NCBI GenBank assembly: GCA_004764695.1
Contig: SMSO01000014.1
Span: 5,756,029-5,820,028 of the forward strand
DNA from: Schizochytrium sp. TIO01
Taxonomy: Eukaryota > Protista > Bigyra: Labyrinthulomycetes
Length of the DNA stretch: 64,000 nucleotides
Direction: 5' to 3'
This document shows positions 13,814 through 25,373 of this stretch, piece after piece. The notes under the pieces are model-generated. The model made no database searches. It had not been told where the DNA came from and saw only the letters and a list, made by a program, of their open reading frames with translations. Position 1 is the first letter of the stretch, and every line of letters begins with the position of its first letter. Both the position numbers and the translations under genes were made by a program.

Positions 13814-14363
13814 ACAAAAGTTGCTGCGCTTCCTCTTTATCTGTCATAGGGCTAGAGTGTGTGCTCAAAACAAGTGCAGTAAGCACCATTGAAGCGGTGA
13901 TCATGGGGATTTCATATTTTGTCCATGCATTAAGTACCCATTTTGACCATGATCGGGCAAACCAATTTGCGCACAGAACAGAGAACCCCAAGACGCATCC
14001 TACAAGGAGGAATCCACCAAGCACTTCACGCAAGCCTGCAGCGGAAAATGTTGGATGTTGCTCAGATGCACTATTAGAGCTTGACGTGCTGATTGCCGAA
14101 TGAGGCTCTGTAAGTGTTTTAACTGTATCTTCATCGGCACTTGCTGTCTCAGCATCTGAGGATTTGGGTTGCAACTTTGGCAAAAGTGGTTTGGCATCAA
14201 GCTGGCAGTTCACATCATCCTTGATTGACTTGAAAACCTTGGTGAGACTTTCTTGCACACTGTCACTTAGTGGGTTTGTGCGGTTCTCTGTGAGCTGCTG
14301 TACCCTTTCCAAGGCTTCAAGAAGATCTTGATCCTCTCGGCTTTGGATTGTAGATGAAGACAT
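11087..14363 (-). CDS. Membrane-associated HECT E3 ubiquitin ligase (about 1090 aa; frameshift near 13814-13850)
   Basis: C-terminal HECT domain (FRGESGVDGGG, LLQFSTG, HLPSAVTCFNTL catalytic Cys, terminal ETFGEK). The 805-aa frame stays open upstream through a 20-codon polyQ to about 13845. The ATG-initiated 13734..14363 ORF with two hydrophobic segments joins it by one frameshift. Confidence 0.8.
13754..13813 (-). repeat. CAG/CAA trinucleotide repeat (20 Gln in the HECT ligase frame)
   Basis: 60 nt of (CTG/TTG)n on the + strand. Confidence 0.95.
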
Positions 14364-15249
14364 GTCGTATATCCTAGTGTATCAGTACAGTACTTTTCCG
14401 TTCTTTTTCAGGTAGGATCCGACCCTCACGCAGTAGAGGGTAAGGGCAGCACAACGGACCCAATGCGGGCTTGCTGAGCTCTGGCTAACCCTCGCTTGTG
14501 ACTTGCAAAAGGCAGGGTTCTCCCAACTAATTTTTGGTAGTGCGTCCCTAGAATCTCTTCAGATCTTTTGCGCAGAAGATGGTAGGATATTCGATAAATT
14601 TACCTTGCCAATAGCAGAAGCTCACTTCGCTCGTTCACTTTGACAAGCTTCTTTAGTCAAAGACTGTTTAGGTATGCGAGACAGATTTTCTGTCGTATGA
14701 TCCTAGCCAAATGAAGGTGCCTATTATTTAAGTGACCTGGCGCTTGCAAGTCCCGGTACCGTTTGAGATGGCTTCGCGTGCTCTTGAAATACGCAAGAAA
14801 CGCAGGCTTGAGGGGCAAGCAGAGTGAGAATATCTTGGATTTGTCTTTGGTGTGCAAGCTATGAGCTCCGAAGGCGCCTTGGAGCTGAGGAAGAAGCTTA
14901 AGCAACCGCAAGATGGTCAAGTCTTGCGCAATCAGTAATGAACAAGCGGAGACAGTGTTAAAGGACCGGGTCCGTACGGCTAGGGGGAGGTGAAGAAGGC
15001 CTATTCCTCCTGCGTAGATACGCTCCGAGGTCTGCTGCAGCGGCCTGACGAGGTCTTCTCCTAGAAGAGGGTTTGCTACTATCCCTTTGTCAAAACGTAG
15101 CCGCACGATAAAGAAATTGCGAAAAAAGTGCTTTGGATGAAGAAAAGGAGCTATAAAAAGCCTTTTTCTTTTTTCTTTTACCATTCTTTCATTCTATTTT
15201 GATTCTCCCATCGATTATTTTAATTCTAACAGCGTACTTTGAAAGTTTC

Positions 15250-16000
15250 ATTATCTGCTCACGCTCTGGGAATCGGATGCAATCTCCTGCACATAGCTGT
15301 CGTGACCAAACTCCAAGGTCTTTGTGGCAAGATCCTTCGTATGGCGTATGAAAGACAAACGAGTCTTTCATCTCTACTGTTCGAACTCGTTGTCATTTGG
15401 CGCCATGATTCTGAGAGACTAAGAAACAGTCCTTCAGCTTGCAACTAATCCATAAAACAAGCACCAGTGCTCTGAGAAATCGATTGCTGCTCATGCTTCC
15501 CACGCTGTAATCCAATTCGCCCACCAAGCTGAGGCAGCTTCTCCACCTCCTCATCAGATGCAAATTAGTTTAGCATGTTTTGGTGTCTTCATCACTTTGT
15601 GTTCTAGCAGATCCTCGGTGTAAGAACCAAGATTCCTCAACTCAATGCGACAACCTTGTTTGCACGAGTTGATCTTGCCAATCTTGCCGATCTTCTTGCT
15701 GATCTTCTTCTTCTCCTCCTCCTATGACCTTACGCCTCAAGCGCAAGTTCGCAGCGAAAGCTAGCGCTCTGATTTTAGCTACGTACTGCATGACAAGAGG
15801 GCAGCATGGAAAGGAAGACCACTGTGGCCAAGATTCCCATCTTGGAACATCTGGATCGAGGAACATTTGGAATACAAGGGCACCTGTGGAACAAACGGAA
15901 CGCCTGGATCTTTGGTGCTTCTCCGTGCGCTGTGAGCACTTTCTCAAAACCGCCGCTGCTCATCGTTAACAACGTTAGATTATCTGATATTGGAAACAAA
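15250..16000 (-). pseudogene. Possible decayed coding remnant
   Basis: Several short, protein-like minus-strand stretches (EEEKKKISKKIGKIGKINSCKQGCRIEL..., SDEEVEKLPQLGGRIG...) broken by stops and frameshifts. No family recognised. Confidence 0.2.
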
Positions 16001-17046
16001 GACAAGACGAACCATCCTGCCTCAAGGCTCTTCTCTGCTGTCTATCAGCACGGAGAGTAGCACCGGTTGTAGTGAGCCTGGCCAGGTATAGTGGATTCTG
16101 CATGGACCAAGTTTCTAAAACCTCTGGGCTCAATCTTTCGCGAGGCCGTATAATGCAGGATAGTTCTTGTTTTTTTGTGTTTGCGGGTTGTTTTACAAAT
16201 TTGTTTTAAAGTATGCTTTTTTTATGTTTCTTATTCTTGTTTGCATTGCGGCATTCCCAATAGTAATTGGCTCCACTCCTATAGTAGAGCGTCGTTGCCT
16301 ACTATAGAGAATACTTGGTCTACTGTAGCCTAAACAAACAGGAAAGCAAACTTTGTGTACTCTACCCATTTCAAAGAAGAAAACCGACCGTAGGCATCAG
16401 ATAGTGCCTACTAGAGTTGAATATATTGAAGAGTTCATAAAATGAAGCGAAAAATCAGAGTGTAGAAGCAAAGACGAAATAGAGCTTGAGGGTGACTCCA
16501 TCGTGACGCAGGAGAGGAACGTGTGCTCGTGAGCAGGCCTCATAAGCCTGATCGGTGTGCTTAGGGAAGCCTTAACGCCCCCCTGGCGGCACCTGACCTC
16601 AACAAGCCCGCGTGGGACGTCGCTAGGGCCCGCGAGGGCTTTCATCGGGCGGATCCGGGGAGCTCGCTCTCAATACTGCCTGCAGAACCAGCTTCGGCAA
16701 CGTGTAAGAGAGCCTCTGAGGACATCTAGACAGATTTGAAGCAATTCGTAACTACTTATTGGAGACGGCTCAGGTAAATAAAAGGCTGCAAGAACCCTCT
16801 GAATTTTTGTTCAACATCGAGAGAAGGTGCCAGGGGAATCAACAAATCTTGCTTTAGAATCATCGTGCAATCCTTCGGGGAAAGGTCTACGTTACGACTT
16901 GGACCTGGATCCTGAACTTCTAAACAAATAATCGAGCCCCCGGGGCACTTCAAATCTGAGAAAGTACGTTCGCTCAGCGAACAGGTTAGCCGCGCGGATC
17001 GACGGAGGAGATTATTCATTTTAAGAAACGGTACTCTGAAGGAACT

Positions 17047-18732
17047 ATGCTGGCCACCAAGGGATCTGGGTCGGGCGGCAGCCAGGCCCCTCTTTCCATG
17101 GAGGAGAAACTTGCAGAGTGGAAGAAAAAACGTCAGCAACAGCAAGGCCAACAGCAACAGCAAGGCCAACAGCAGCAACAGCGCAAGGAACCACATGTGC
17201 AGCGCTCGGATCCTCGATCTCTTCAGCATCACATGGCCAAAGTACGCTTGGTGACCCCAGGGTCCCGCTCACGTTTCGCAACATCGCAACAAAGCCAGCA
17301 ACAACGCCCCAGCACGGGTCTTGTAGGCCCTTCACGCCAGCAACCATTTTCAGGATACTCCGGCCGTTCGAAAGCTAGGCCACGCGACGCAGGTATCGGC
17401 AAAGAAAACGAACTGGCCGCCATACCAAAGTCGGCCTCGAATGACCGAAACGACCAGAACTGTGCAACCGGTGCATCCAAACGCAAATGTGAAACAAATA
17501 GCTATAATGCCAAATCTGCGCGGCATACTCAACCCCACGCAACATCTGTGCGTAGACCTATGGTGAAGACCCCTTCGTCCAGTAGTAGTTCCTCCTCATC
17601 ATCATCTCTCAGTAGTGGAAGCCACACAAGCGCAAGCAGCACTGGGAGCAACAAGTATCACACAAAATCCAACGGAGCAGCTCATACATTGGAGGCTTGT
17701 ATAACATCGTCTTCTTCATCATCATCTTCGTCTGTATCTTCGTCCGTGTCTTCGTCTTCTTCATCTTCACCAACATTTGCAAAATCCTCACGTATCGGCC
17801 CTATGACCACTGCAGAGTCCGCGGCACGTGCAGCAAGACGATCAACGATGATCCTGCGCCCTCCTATATCACCCCCATTATCATCTCCAGAGTCACCACC
17901 TCCAGCATATGCGGGCCCAATTCACCATCCTACAGATGTGGGCCCCGAAACACAGTCCATGGAGATCTCCCAAACCCCTCAGGCAGTAGCTGCGTGCGAC
18001 GAAAACCCAATGATGGACAGCACTCGCTGTGACAGCCCTAATGTGCACGATGATTTGCTTGACTGCAAGGTAGTACTTGTGACGCAAGGTACACAAACGG
18101 AAGGTGAAGAATCTTGCTCAGTATCTTGCCAAACTGATGTGAGCGAAGACCCCAGTCGTGATGTAGATGATGCTGTGACTGATGCACAGGGCACAGAAGA
18201 GAGTGATAGTATGGAAAGCCAGCAGATTGAACTTCAAGTCCCCATGCCAGAGGCTGAGTTGAACTTTGATGCGGATGTTAAATTGGAGGTCCGCTCTGCT
18301 GATACAAGCACCTGCTCTGGATCTGATTTCACAGAAGATGTACCCATGCAGACCACATCCCCAAAAACAATTTTTGAAGAAGAGAAGGCATCTCCTGAAA
18401 AAATGCATTGCGCCTCACAAACCGATCAACAGGGTTGGATGGCACCTCCTCAGGAAGTTGTAGACGCGCTGCGATTCGCGAACTCTATTCTCGAACAAAA
18501 AACCGCGCAACTCGAGGGTAAAGTTAATATGCTCGAGGCGACCCTGACGCTCAAAGAGCGCCAGTTGGTGATGGAACGCGAGGACTTCAGCAACCGTGTA
18601 GCCGAAGTACAGCAAGCCATGAAAGCTGGTCTCATGCAGTCTGTTGCCCGCATTCAGGAACTGGAAGGCGAACTTGCTAACGAAAAACATGCAAATAAGA
18701 AATTGAGTCTATGTAACCAGCCAACCGACTAG
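17047..18732 (+). CDS. Hypothetical disordered Ser/Gln-rich protein with C-terminal coiled coil (561 aa)
   Basis: Long ATG-initiated ORF with polyQ/polyS tracts, a KEN motif (GKENE), many SP/TP sites and a heptad-rich C-terminus. Confidence 0.8.
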   Translation: MLATKGSGSGGSQAPLSMEEKLAEWKKKRQQQQGQQQQQGQQQQQRKEPHVQRSDPRSLQHHMAKVRLVTPGSRSRFATSQQSQQQRPSTGLVGPSRQQPFSGYSGRSKARPRDAGIGKENELAAIPKSASNDRNDQNCATGASKRKCETNSYNAKSARHTQPHATSVRRPMVKTPSSSSSSSSSSSLSSGSHTSASSTGSNKYHTKSNGAAHTLEACITSSSSSSSSSVSSSVSSSSSSSPTFAKSSRIGPMTTAESAARAARRSTMILRPPISPPLSSPESPPPAYAGPIHHPTDVGPETQSMEISQTPQAVAACDENPMMDSTRCDSPNVHDDLLDCKVVLVTQGTQTEGEESCSVSCQTDVSEDPSRDVDDAVTDAQGTEESDSMESQQIELQVPMPEAELNFDADVKLEVRSADTSTCSGSDFTEDVPMQTTSPKTIFEEEKASPEKMHCASQTDQQGWMAPPQEVVDALRFANSILEQKTAQLEGKVNMLEATLTLKERQLVMEREDFSNRVAEVQQAMKAGLMQSVARIQELEGELANEKHANKKLSLCNQPTD

Positions 18733-20231
18733 CCAGCAAAGGTATTCATTCTGAGGCATTTTCAGTCTTCAGCCTCGGCGCACCTCTGATACCTGTTTTT
18801 GGTTCTCCATGAGCATTGATTGTACTCCTAATTAATATGAACGAGTTTCCCCATTCAATTGTAACCTTCGATCAATTTTGTCACTCTTCAATGTAAGAAG
18901 GGCGACTACACTTCCCTCTGGTGAAGCAAAGAAAAAGAGGAAGCTTGCTTCCTTTTGAAAGATGAAGTGATCATTTTATGCTAGAAAGTTGGTCAATCTG
19001 AGCTTCCACAGCCGCATATTCCCAGTTGGTTGGAACCATATCAAAGAAGACAATGACAGAGTCGGGGTGAAGAAAGGGTGGCCTTCGAAAGAACTGGATT
19101 CAGTGAAGAGCGTGCTGAGGAAAACTTACAGTAGAGTGTGATAAGTATCAGCACACCACTAGTAAATCAGAGGGGGGAATCTAGCTCCTCTAGTGTCCAA
19201 GGGCGGCTATATTTTTGACATGCCTATTGTAGAGGTGAAATACCAGAGAAACGACTCGAAAGATCGCTCTGGAAACCTGCCCGAAGATATAAAAGGCGGC
19301 ATCGACCAGAAATTGAGTCATTTCGCATTGCTGTCTAAAAACGAAATCTTTCTTCAAATAGCCCTATAACGCACCGCTTGTCATGATACTAGACTTTGAA
19401 GATCTCACTAAGAATAGGGTTGAAAGGATCGTCTTGCATTAACGATTCCCAATTACAAAAACCTATCTACAACCCAAAGATACTCAAATTATCCCGCATT
19501 GCCTATGCAAGTGAGCGGGTTGAACATACCTTGCTTTGTAGTGGTATGGCTTGTTTGGAAATAGGAGGGAGACCAGAGGAGATATGAATTTTAGCCAGAG
19601 TAAGCGTACTAGCTTCATTATGCAAGTCTGATGATTTCTAAGACAAGTCTAGGTAGATCCTTGTAATACCTAGGTACCTATGCACAAAGTCGAAAACGGA
19701 TTTAGTGAATGGCAAGACACATAAGGTTATGAGAAAAAACAATCCCATAACTGACGAAAGTTTCTCAGATTCGGCTTGAGAACATCTCTTCCTGCAGTTG
19801 CTAAAGTAAGGTACTCCAATTAATATTCGTTTTATCTTTAATTCTTTAGTTCAATTTATTGAAATTTTGTCTTTTAGTCAACCAGTACGTAGTATCCCTA
19901 GGTCCTATGTAGGTAGGTACTCGCAATAAGGAGAAAAGAACTTAATGAACGAAAATAAATGGAGCTTTCGAAGGATTGCCTGAAACCCATGATTGCATCA
20001 AGGCGACCATTCTCAGAACCTTTGCACAATAACTACTTGATTTACTATCTGCCCAGTTTTGTTGCGAGCACTGATTCCTATACATCTGTATTGCCCCTTT
20101 GACGATCCACTTAAACACATCAACGTCGTGTAGCAGGATAGCTGCCCGACTTTAACGATCTACCTCTAGAGTTAGAGGCTGATAATGGTCTTTTGGTCTC
20201 GAAGGTGACAGAATACAAATCCAGTTTCGCC

Positions 20232-22397
20232 ATGCAGGCTTGGCTCACGCTCGTGCAAGATGGTCCAGAGGACAACCAAAGCTATGAGCGATATTCTTTC
20301 CAGCGCGACTTTCTCCTCTCGATGAAGACCTCGGAGCGTGTGGTCCTCTTCAGAGATCTTGTGGCTGCTGGCATGGAAGGCGAACTTGGACTTGTCGCAA
20401 TGCTCACTGCAGACTCAACGCTTGTGGGTAACGGGGCTGCCGATGGCAGTGCGAATAGCAAAGCAGCCTCTGTGGAGGCAGAACGTGAAATCATTGTGGA
20501 TCCGACAATAGTGGACAATAAAGCTGCAGAAAGGCTCCAGAAAATTGCAGAAAATAAGGTGCGCAAGTTTGCTGCAAGATCAGCTGCGCTAAGACTTCTT
20601 GCAGCTGCAAATTGTACAAATACTATGGAGGTTGTGCAAAAGGTGCTTCTCGCGCCTCAGGAGCCCTGGCAAATTGTAGTGGCTGCGCTTGAGGCGACGG
20701 ATACTTATTTGGAGCAGCAAAATTTGCAGAGTAGCGGCGACCTACTCGGACACGTTCTGCTTCGTGCAACTCGGGATCAAATTGAATGCGTCCAGCAAAA
20801 AGCAATCGACATCATGTTGCGCTTAGTGAGATCAGTCGATGTAGCTGAAAAGATTGCAGGGCAGGTAATGAAGTTTGAACCTGGATCAATGATTAATGCG
20901 ATTGAGGCATTGGCATCACCAGAACTTGAAAATCATTTACTTCAATATGCTTTTCAAGAGCATGTACATAAGATTGCAGAATTGCTGAGTACGCTACCAA
21001 ATGAAAAGTTAAGCCATTTGGGCAAGGTTCTTGGACGATATATGGAAGATCCTATAGACATGCTTGAGCGCCTTGAAGATGCTTCCTCTTCCGCTCGCGA
21101 CGAGGAAAGTAGCACCCTCGCCAAGACTCCAGAAGTTAACATATTCCCATACCTACTCAAAGGTTATCTTGAGGCAAAACCAAATGTGCAGGTTTGCATA
21201 AAGTTAATGCAAGAGCTTCAGGGTCTCGCTTTATGCAGTGGAGAGTCACGGTTTCCAAAGACATGGCGTTCATGGAGTATCAATCATCGTAAAGACACAA
21301 CTAATGCTACTGCACTTGCTTTGAATGGGGTTCGCGTTGGTCTCACCTGTCTTGTGCAAATTCTTCAGAATCCGATATCGACCAATCTGGATGAGACGTG
21401 CTTCTTGTCGACCCTTATATGCGCGGCAGCGTGGGATCAGCGTTTCATGGGCTTTGATATCGTTCCGGTAAAAGTCGCCGTCGACTGCTTTGAGCTTGGA
21501 AAGAAACTGCAAGAAGCGCTAGAGGAATTTCATCATACTAATCTAGATGCCCCAGACGAGCTATGGGCATTGCTTCGTTCTCGCTTATCGGGAGGTAAAT
21601 GGCACAAGAATGAGTGTCTCGCATGTTCCGCAATGTTAAGGCTTGTCCAACGTGGATCCCGCAAAGAGGTTGGAGGTGAAATTGCAGTAGGTCATTTAGT
21701 TCCAATGATTCTTCCTTTGGTGGATCATGCTTCAATAGAAGTTTGTGTCCCTGGATTTGCTGCATTGCACCATTTGGTTAACATATGGACAACCACGGAG
21801 GTGCGATGGTACGGTGATTTACTTTTGGATCGTGTCATGCTGGTTTGCACTTCCTCAAGAGATCTAGAAACCCTTCAATTATCGTTACCGACCTTGATGA
21901 GTATCCTGTTGCATTTGGAACTCCCTAACCCTTTACAACGCATGAATAAACACCACAATGCTCTTGAAGCCCTACTTCCATGTGCAGAACTTGCAACAGA
22001 AATGGACGTGTTAGCAGCTTTTAGTACCTTGGCGTGTGATCCTTTGGTCCAGCGTTTGCAGCTGCAGAGTATCTATTTTATGCCTCAGATTCTTGAAATA
22101 GTACAACGTGGGATTGGTACAGGTCATCGTGAGGCTCGACGTTCGTGCCTTAATCTTTTGCGCACGATGTTGACCGCTGCGTCACCTCGAATTGCATATC
22201 ACCAACAAAAGATCGTTGCATTACTTGCGCGACATAAGTTTGTTTTACAAGGTCCTCAGAAACTTCCTGTTGATGAAGAAGTGGCAATATCACAAGAGAT
22301 TCTTGCACTTGTTCGAAAGCATGGGTCAGCCAAACTCCTTGAGGATGATCTTTCTCGCCTTGCAAAATTTGTTACCTTTACTGTTGAGGATGATTGA
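20232..22397 (+). CDS. ARM/HEAT-repeat protein, TTI2 (TTT co-chaperone complex)-like
   Basis: Helical Leu-rich ORF with first ATG at 20232. C-terminal half (LVPMILPLVDH..GFAALHHLV..WYGDLLLD..ASPRIAYH) resembles the Tti2 family. Confidence 0.6.
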   Translation: MQAWLTLVQDGPEDNQSYERYSFQRDFLLSMKTSERVVLFRDLVAAGMEGELGLVAMLTADSTLVGNGAADGSANSKAASVEAEREIIVDPTIVDNKAAERLQKIAENKVRKFAARSAALRLLAAANCTNTMEVVQKVLLAPQEPWQIVVAALEATDTYLEQQNLQSSGDLLGHVLLRATRDQIECVQQKAIDIMLRLVRSVDVAEKIAGQVMKFEPGSMINAIEALASPELENHLLQYAFQEHVHKIAELLSTLPNEKLSHLGKVLGRYMEDPIDMLERLEDASSSARDEESSTLAKTPEVNIFPYLLKGYLEAKPNVQVCIKLMQELQGLALCSGESRFPKTWRSWSINHRKDTTNATALALNGVRVGLTCLVQILQNPISTNLDETCFLSTLICAAAWDQRFMGFDIVPVKVAVDCFELGKKLQEALEEFHHTNLDAPDELWALLRSRLSGGKWHKNECLACSAMLRLVQRGSRKEVGGEIAVGHLVPMILPLVDHASIEVCVPGFAALHHLVNIWTTTEVRWYGDLLLDRVMLVCTSSRDLETLQLSLPTLMSILLHLELPNPLQRMNKHHNALEALLPCAELATEMDVLAAFSTLACDPLVQRLQLQSIYFMPQILEIVQRGIGTGHREARRSCLNLLRTMLTAASPRIAYHQQKIVALLARHKFVLQGPQKLPVDEEVAISQEILALVRKHGSAKLLEDDLSRLAKFVTFTVEDD

Positions 22398-22682
22398 CCG
22401 CAACACCTACAGTTTAATTATTAAGCCACCACATGGTACAAACAGACAAGTCCGCCGAAGTCTCTGTTTAAGACATTGCACGAATCAGCAACTCAGAGCA
22501 AATAGCGTCTTCAAGGGTTCTTTTCATTTGGACAAGGATTTGTTCGAAAATCTTATAAATCTGAAACATATTTGTGTTGTCATTTAATTATTGCTGTCTT
22601 CCAATCGCCACTTATATCATAGTGTATGTGTATATATATACACATATCCAAACTGGCCATCATGCACAATCATTGTCATGTT

Positions 22683-24347
22683 TTAATAGACGGTGTTGCA
22701 GTTTCCGAAAAAGCATGATTCTATCATCATGTCATGATAATCTAAGGCACTTTGGTCGTCCATTCCCATCATATTAGCCCACTCGATAGCACTATGCATA
22801 ACTTGGTTCCCAGCTGTACGAAAGTTGTTGGCAAAGGCATAAACTGAGTGTCTTACTCGATTGATGGCGCCAAGCGGCATGTGCTCTGGCAGGGTACGAT
22901 AAGGGTGAAGCATGGTAGAGTCACAAAAAAGATCGTCATGCTTGACGTTTTTATCCTGGGAGATGATGAGCTCAGCTACTTTTACAGGCTTAGTTGTCCA
23001 GCGAACACTCGCGTCTTCGATTGGTTGCTCACATGGGTTTTCCTGGATCTGTAGAAACACGCACATGCGGTAGGGCTTCCGATTCTGACGAATTTTATTC
23101 AACTTTAGTGTTTTGCTGAAAGATTTGTAGGAAAAGTCAGAGTCTGACATCTTGCCCTTCCACACAGACTTAGGCAAACGATCAACCTCTCCCTCACAAG
23201 GCTCAATGTGCCATTTAGCGGCTTGGCCCTTGCCCAGGGCCCATGCCCCCCCAGACCCGTAGGTGTTTGCTAGTGGGTTGACATGGAACTCTGTAATCTG
23301 GTTGATTGGAACTGCCGGGGGTGCACCATTGATAAAGTTATCGAAATTTTGTTGAAGGTTTCCATCAACGAAGATGTTGAATGGGACACCACCAGACTCC
23401 TCAGCGCTGCGAACTGCAATAAAAAGCAAGTCTACGGTCCCGTCTTCCTGGAAGGCGTCAAGATCACGATTTTCGAACATTTGTTGAGCAATTTTGGGCT
23501 GTGCAGTAGAAGCCACACTCGAGAGTTTGATGCGTTGAGAACTATTGAAGGCGTCTCGAATCTTCAGGCTCAGGCCTCGAATTCTTACATCGTAAGCATC
23601 GTCAAGCGTAAGATTACGATTTCCACTGAAGCGTGCCTCAACCACAAATTCGCGGCCAGGCTCGGATAACAGACCGACCCTGAAGCGTTCGTCAAGACCG
23701 CCCTCGCCGTGCGGTGCTGTGGCAAGCTCGTCGTTAATTTTGAGGGTGGCTTCAATGCACCCATAACTTTCGCCGTGCATTTGCTTACGAATTCGCTGGT
23801 TCATGTCGCCGCTAATGAGATCAGGTTTGGTAGTCAGATTCAACAGGTCAGAAGCAGATGGGAGCTGGTACTCATACTGAGCGGAGAGTTTCTTGGGACA
23901 CTTCTTCTCGTTAAAGGTGAAGCTGGTGATGTCATTCTTGGTTGATTCTTTGTACTGGCAGCAGTTGGTCACGCCAGCGCCTTCACATGCGAGATCTCCG
24001 TCGTAGGAGCCTTGATAAAGCATTCGTTCAGCCATAATTGTTGCTGTCTGTTCGATAAGATTTTGTTCCGTAGTGTCATCGTACCCATATTCTCGACCAA
24101 GCTGCAACTCGCACTCCGAATTCGGAAACGTTTCGTTGTTGATACTAGTAGTCGTTTCAGGAAAGTCCTCATCATATGTTGCAGAAAGTCTGCTCTGATA
24201 ACATTGTGGACCATACTCAGTTCGGTCCGTCTCAGTGGGAGATGCCGTCAAAGATTTCATGATGCTTGTGAACGGGCATTCTCCGTGCACATTGTGAACG
24301 AGAAGGCTCAAAAGAAGGCTCACGACGAACGCGTTAAAGTTTTGCAT
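22683..24347 (-). CDS. Secreted catalase-superfamily heme protein (small catalase-related, y4iL/cAOS-like; 554 aa)
   Basis: Signal peptide (MQNFNAFVVSLLLSLLVHNVHG), distal His motif (RKQMHGESYGC), ARFS and RGLSLK motifs, C-terminal HPY..LPEHMPLGAINRVRHSVY with proximal Tyr. Confidence 0.8.
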   Translation of the reverse strand: MQNFNAFVVSLLLSLLVHNVHGECPFTSIMKSLTASPTETDRTEYGPQCYQSRLSATYDEDFPETTTSINNETFPNSECELQLGREYGYDDTTEQNLIEQTATIMAERMLYQGSYDGDLACEGAGVTNCCQYKESTKNDITSFTFNEKKCPKKLSAQYEYQLPSASDLLNLTTKPDLISGDMNQRIRKQMHGESYGCIEATLKINDELATAPHGEGGLDERFRVGLLSEPGREFVVEARFSGNRNLTLDDAYDVRIRGLSLKIRDAFNSSQRIKLSSVASTAQPKIAQQMFENRDLDAFQEDGTVDLLFIAVRSAEESGGVPFNIFVDGNLQQNFDNFINGAPPAVPINQITEFHVNPLANTYGSGGAWALGKGQAAKWHIEPCEGEVDRLPKSVWKGKMSDSDFSYKSFSKTLKLNKIRQNRKPYRMCVFLQIQENPCEQPIEDASVRWTTKPVKVAELIISQDKNVKHDDLFCDSTMLHPYRTLPEHMPLGAINRVRHSVYAFANNFRTAGNQVMHSAIEWANMMGMDDQSALDYHDMMIESCFFGNCNTVY

Positions 24348-25317
24348 TTTCTTGCGGGGGAGCCGAGGAGTACAATGATAGATCAGATCCCACTATCGGC
24401 CGGTACTTGGGATAGATAGGCTAACACTTGACGCTTATTCTTAAGCCAATGAGTGGTGAACTCTTTCTTCAGGCACAGGTTCTCTTTTCGTACCTGCCGT
24501 AGCTCTAGGTATTTTATCGGTCGCTGGTGCCAAGGCTTATTTCGGATTTGCCGACCGCCCTGAGCTGCTGCTGCTGCTGCCGACCGCCCAAGATTGACCT
24601 CGAATCTTACAGACGCCCTTCTTCACTCTACCAGAACTGCTTTTATGCCGGTACGCAAGCCTTTACTTTCTCAGCTAAGCTACCAACCAACTAACTAACT
24701 AACTCGCTACTCAGTCTCACTCACTCGCTCGCTCGTGCGTGAGTGAGTGAGTGTGTCTAGATTTTGCAGGGTTCTTTCTGCAGAGGATTGACTGCAGCGG
24801 CTATGAAATCAATCCCTGCGAAGGGAAGGTCGATTGGCTTTCGAAGACATCCATCCATCCATCCATCCATCCACTCAACGATGTCCAGAACTTCGCAGCC
24901 TCCTTCGGCTTTCTCGCCTTCTCCTCGCAGCATTTCTGGCCGCCAGCGCCTGCCGAGTACCCATCTCAGACCAGTTCGAGTGGTCCACGATTCGGGTGTA
25001 AGTAATCTCAGTGACCGTCTGCTTGACGGGGTCAATCAGGGTACTCGCTGCCGGCTACCGATCGTGGTAGCACTCGCTAGGAACCAGGCCATCTATCTTT
25101 ATCTTTCTTTGCTCTCTTTTTTTTCTTTTTCTTTTTCTTTTCTTTTTCTCTTTCTCTTTCTTTTTCTTTTTCGTGCAGCTGTAATTCTGAGGGATCTTGA
25201 GATGTGTCTTCTTCTTCTTCTTCTCTCTTACCTTCCAATCTTCAATTAAAACTGTCAAATAAAACTTTCCAAATAAAACTTCCATTCGATTTAAAGACAA
25301 ATATGAATGTATACTGT

Positions 25318-25373
<56 letters not shown>
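25318..25373. repeat. (AAAG)n microsatellite within an SSR-rich intergenic region (about 24.6-27 kb)
   Basis: About 14 AAAG units. Nearby ATCC, CTAA, TTTTTC, ATTC (26063-26146) and AAGAG/AATAAAGAG (26690-26815) tracts. Confidence 0.95.

Noticed and set aside
14657-15184. 175-aa minus-strand ORF upstream of the HECT gene
   Set aside because: No recognisable motif; likely promoter or 5'-UTR sequence.
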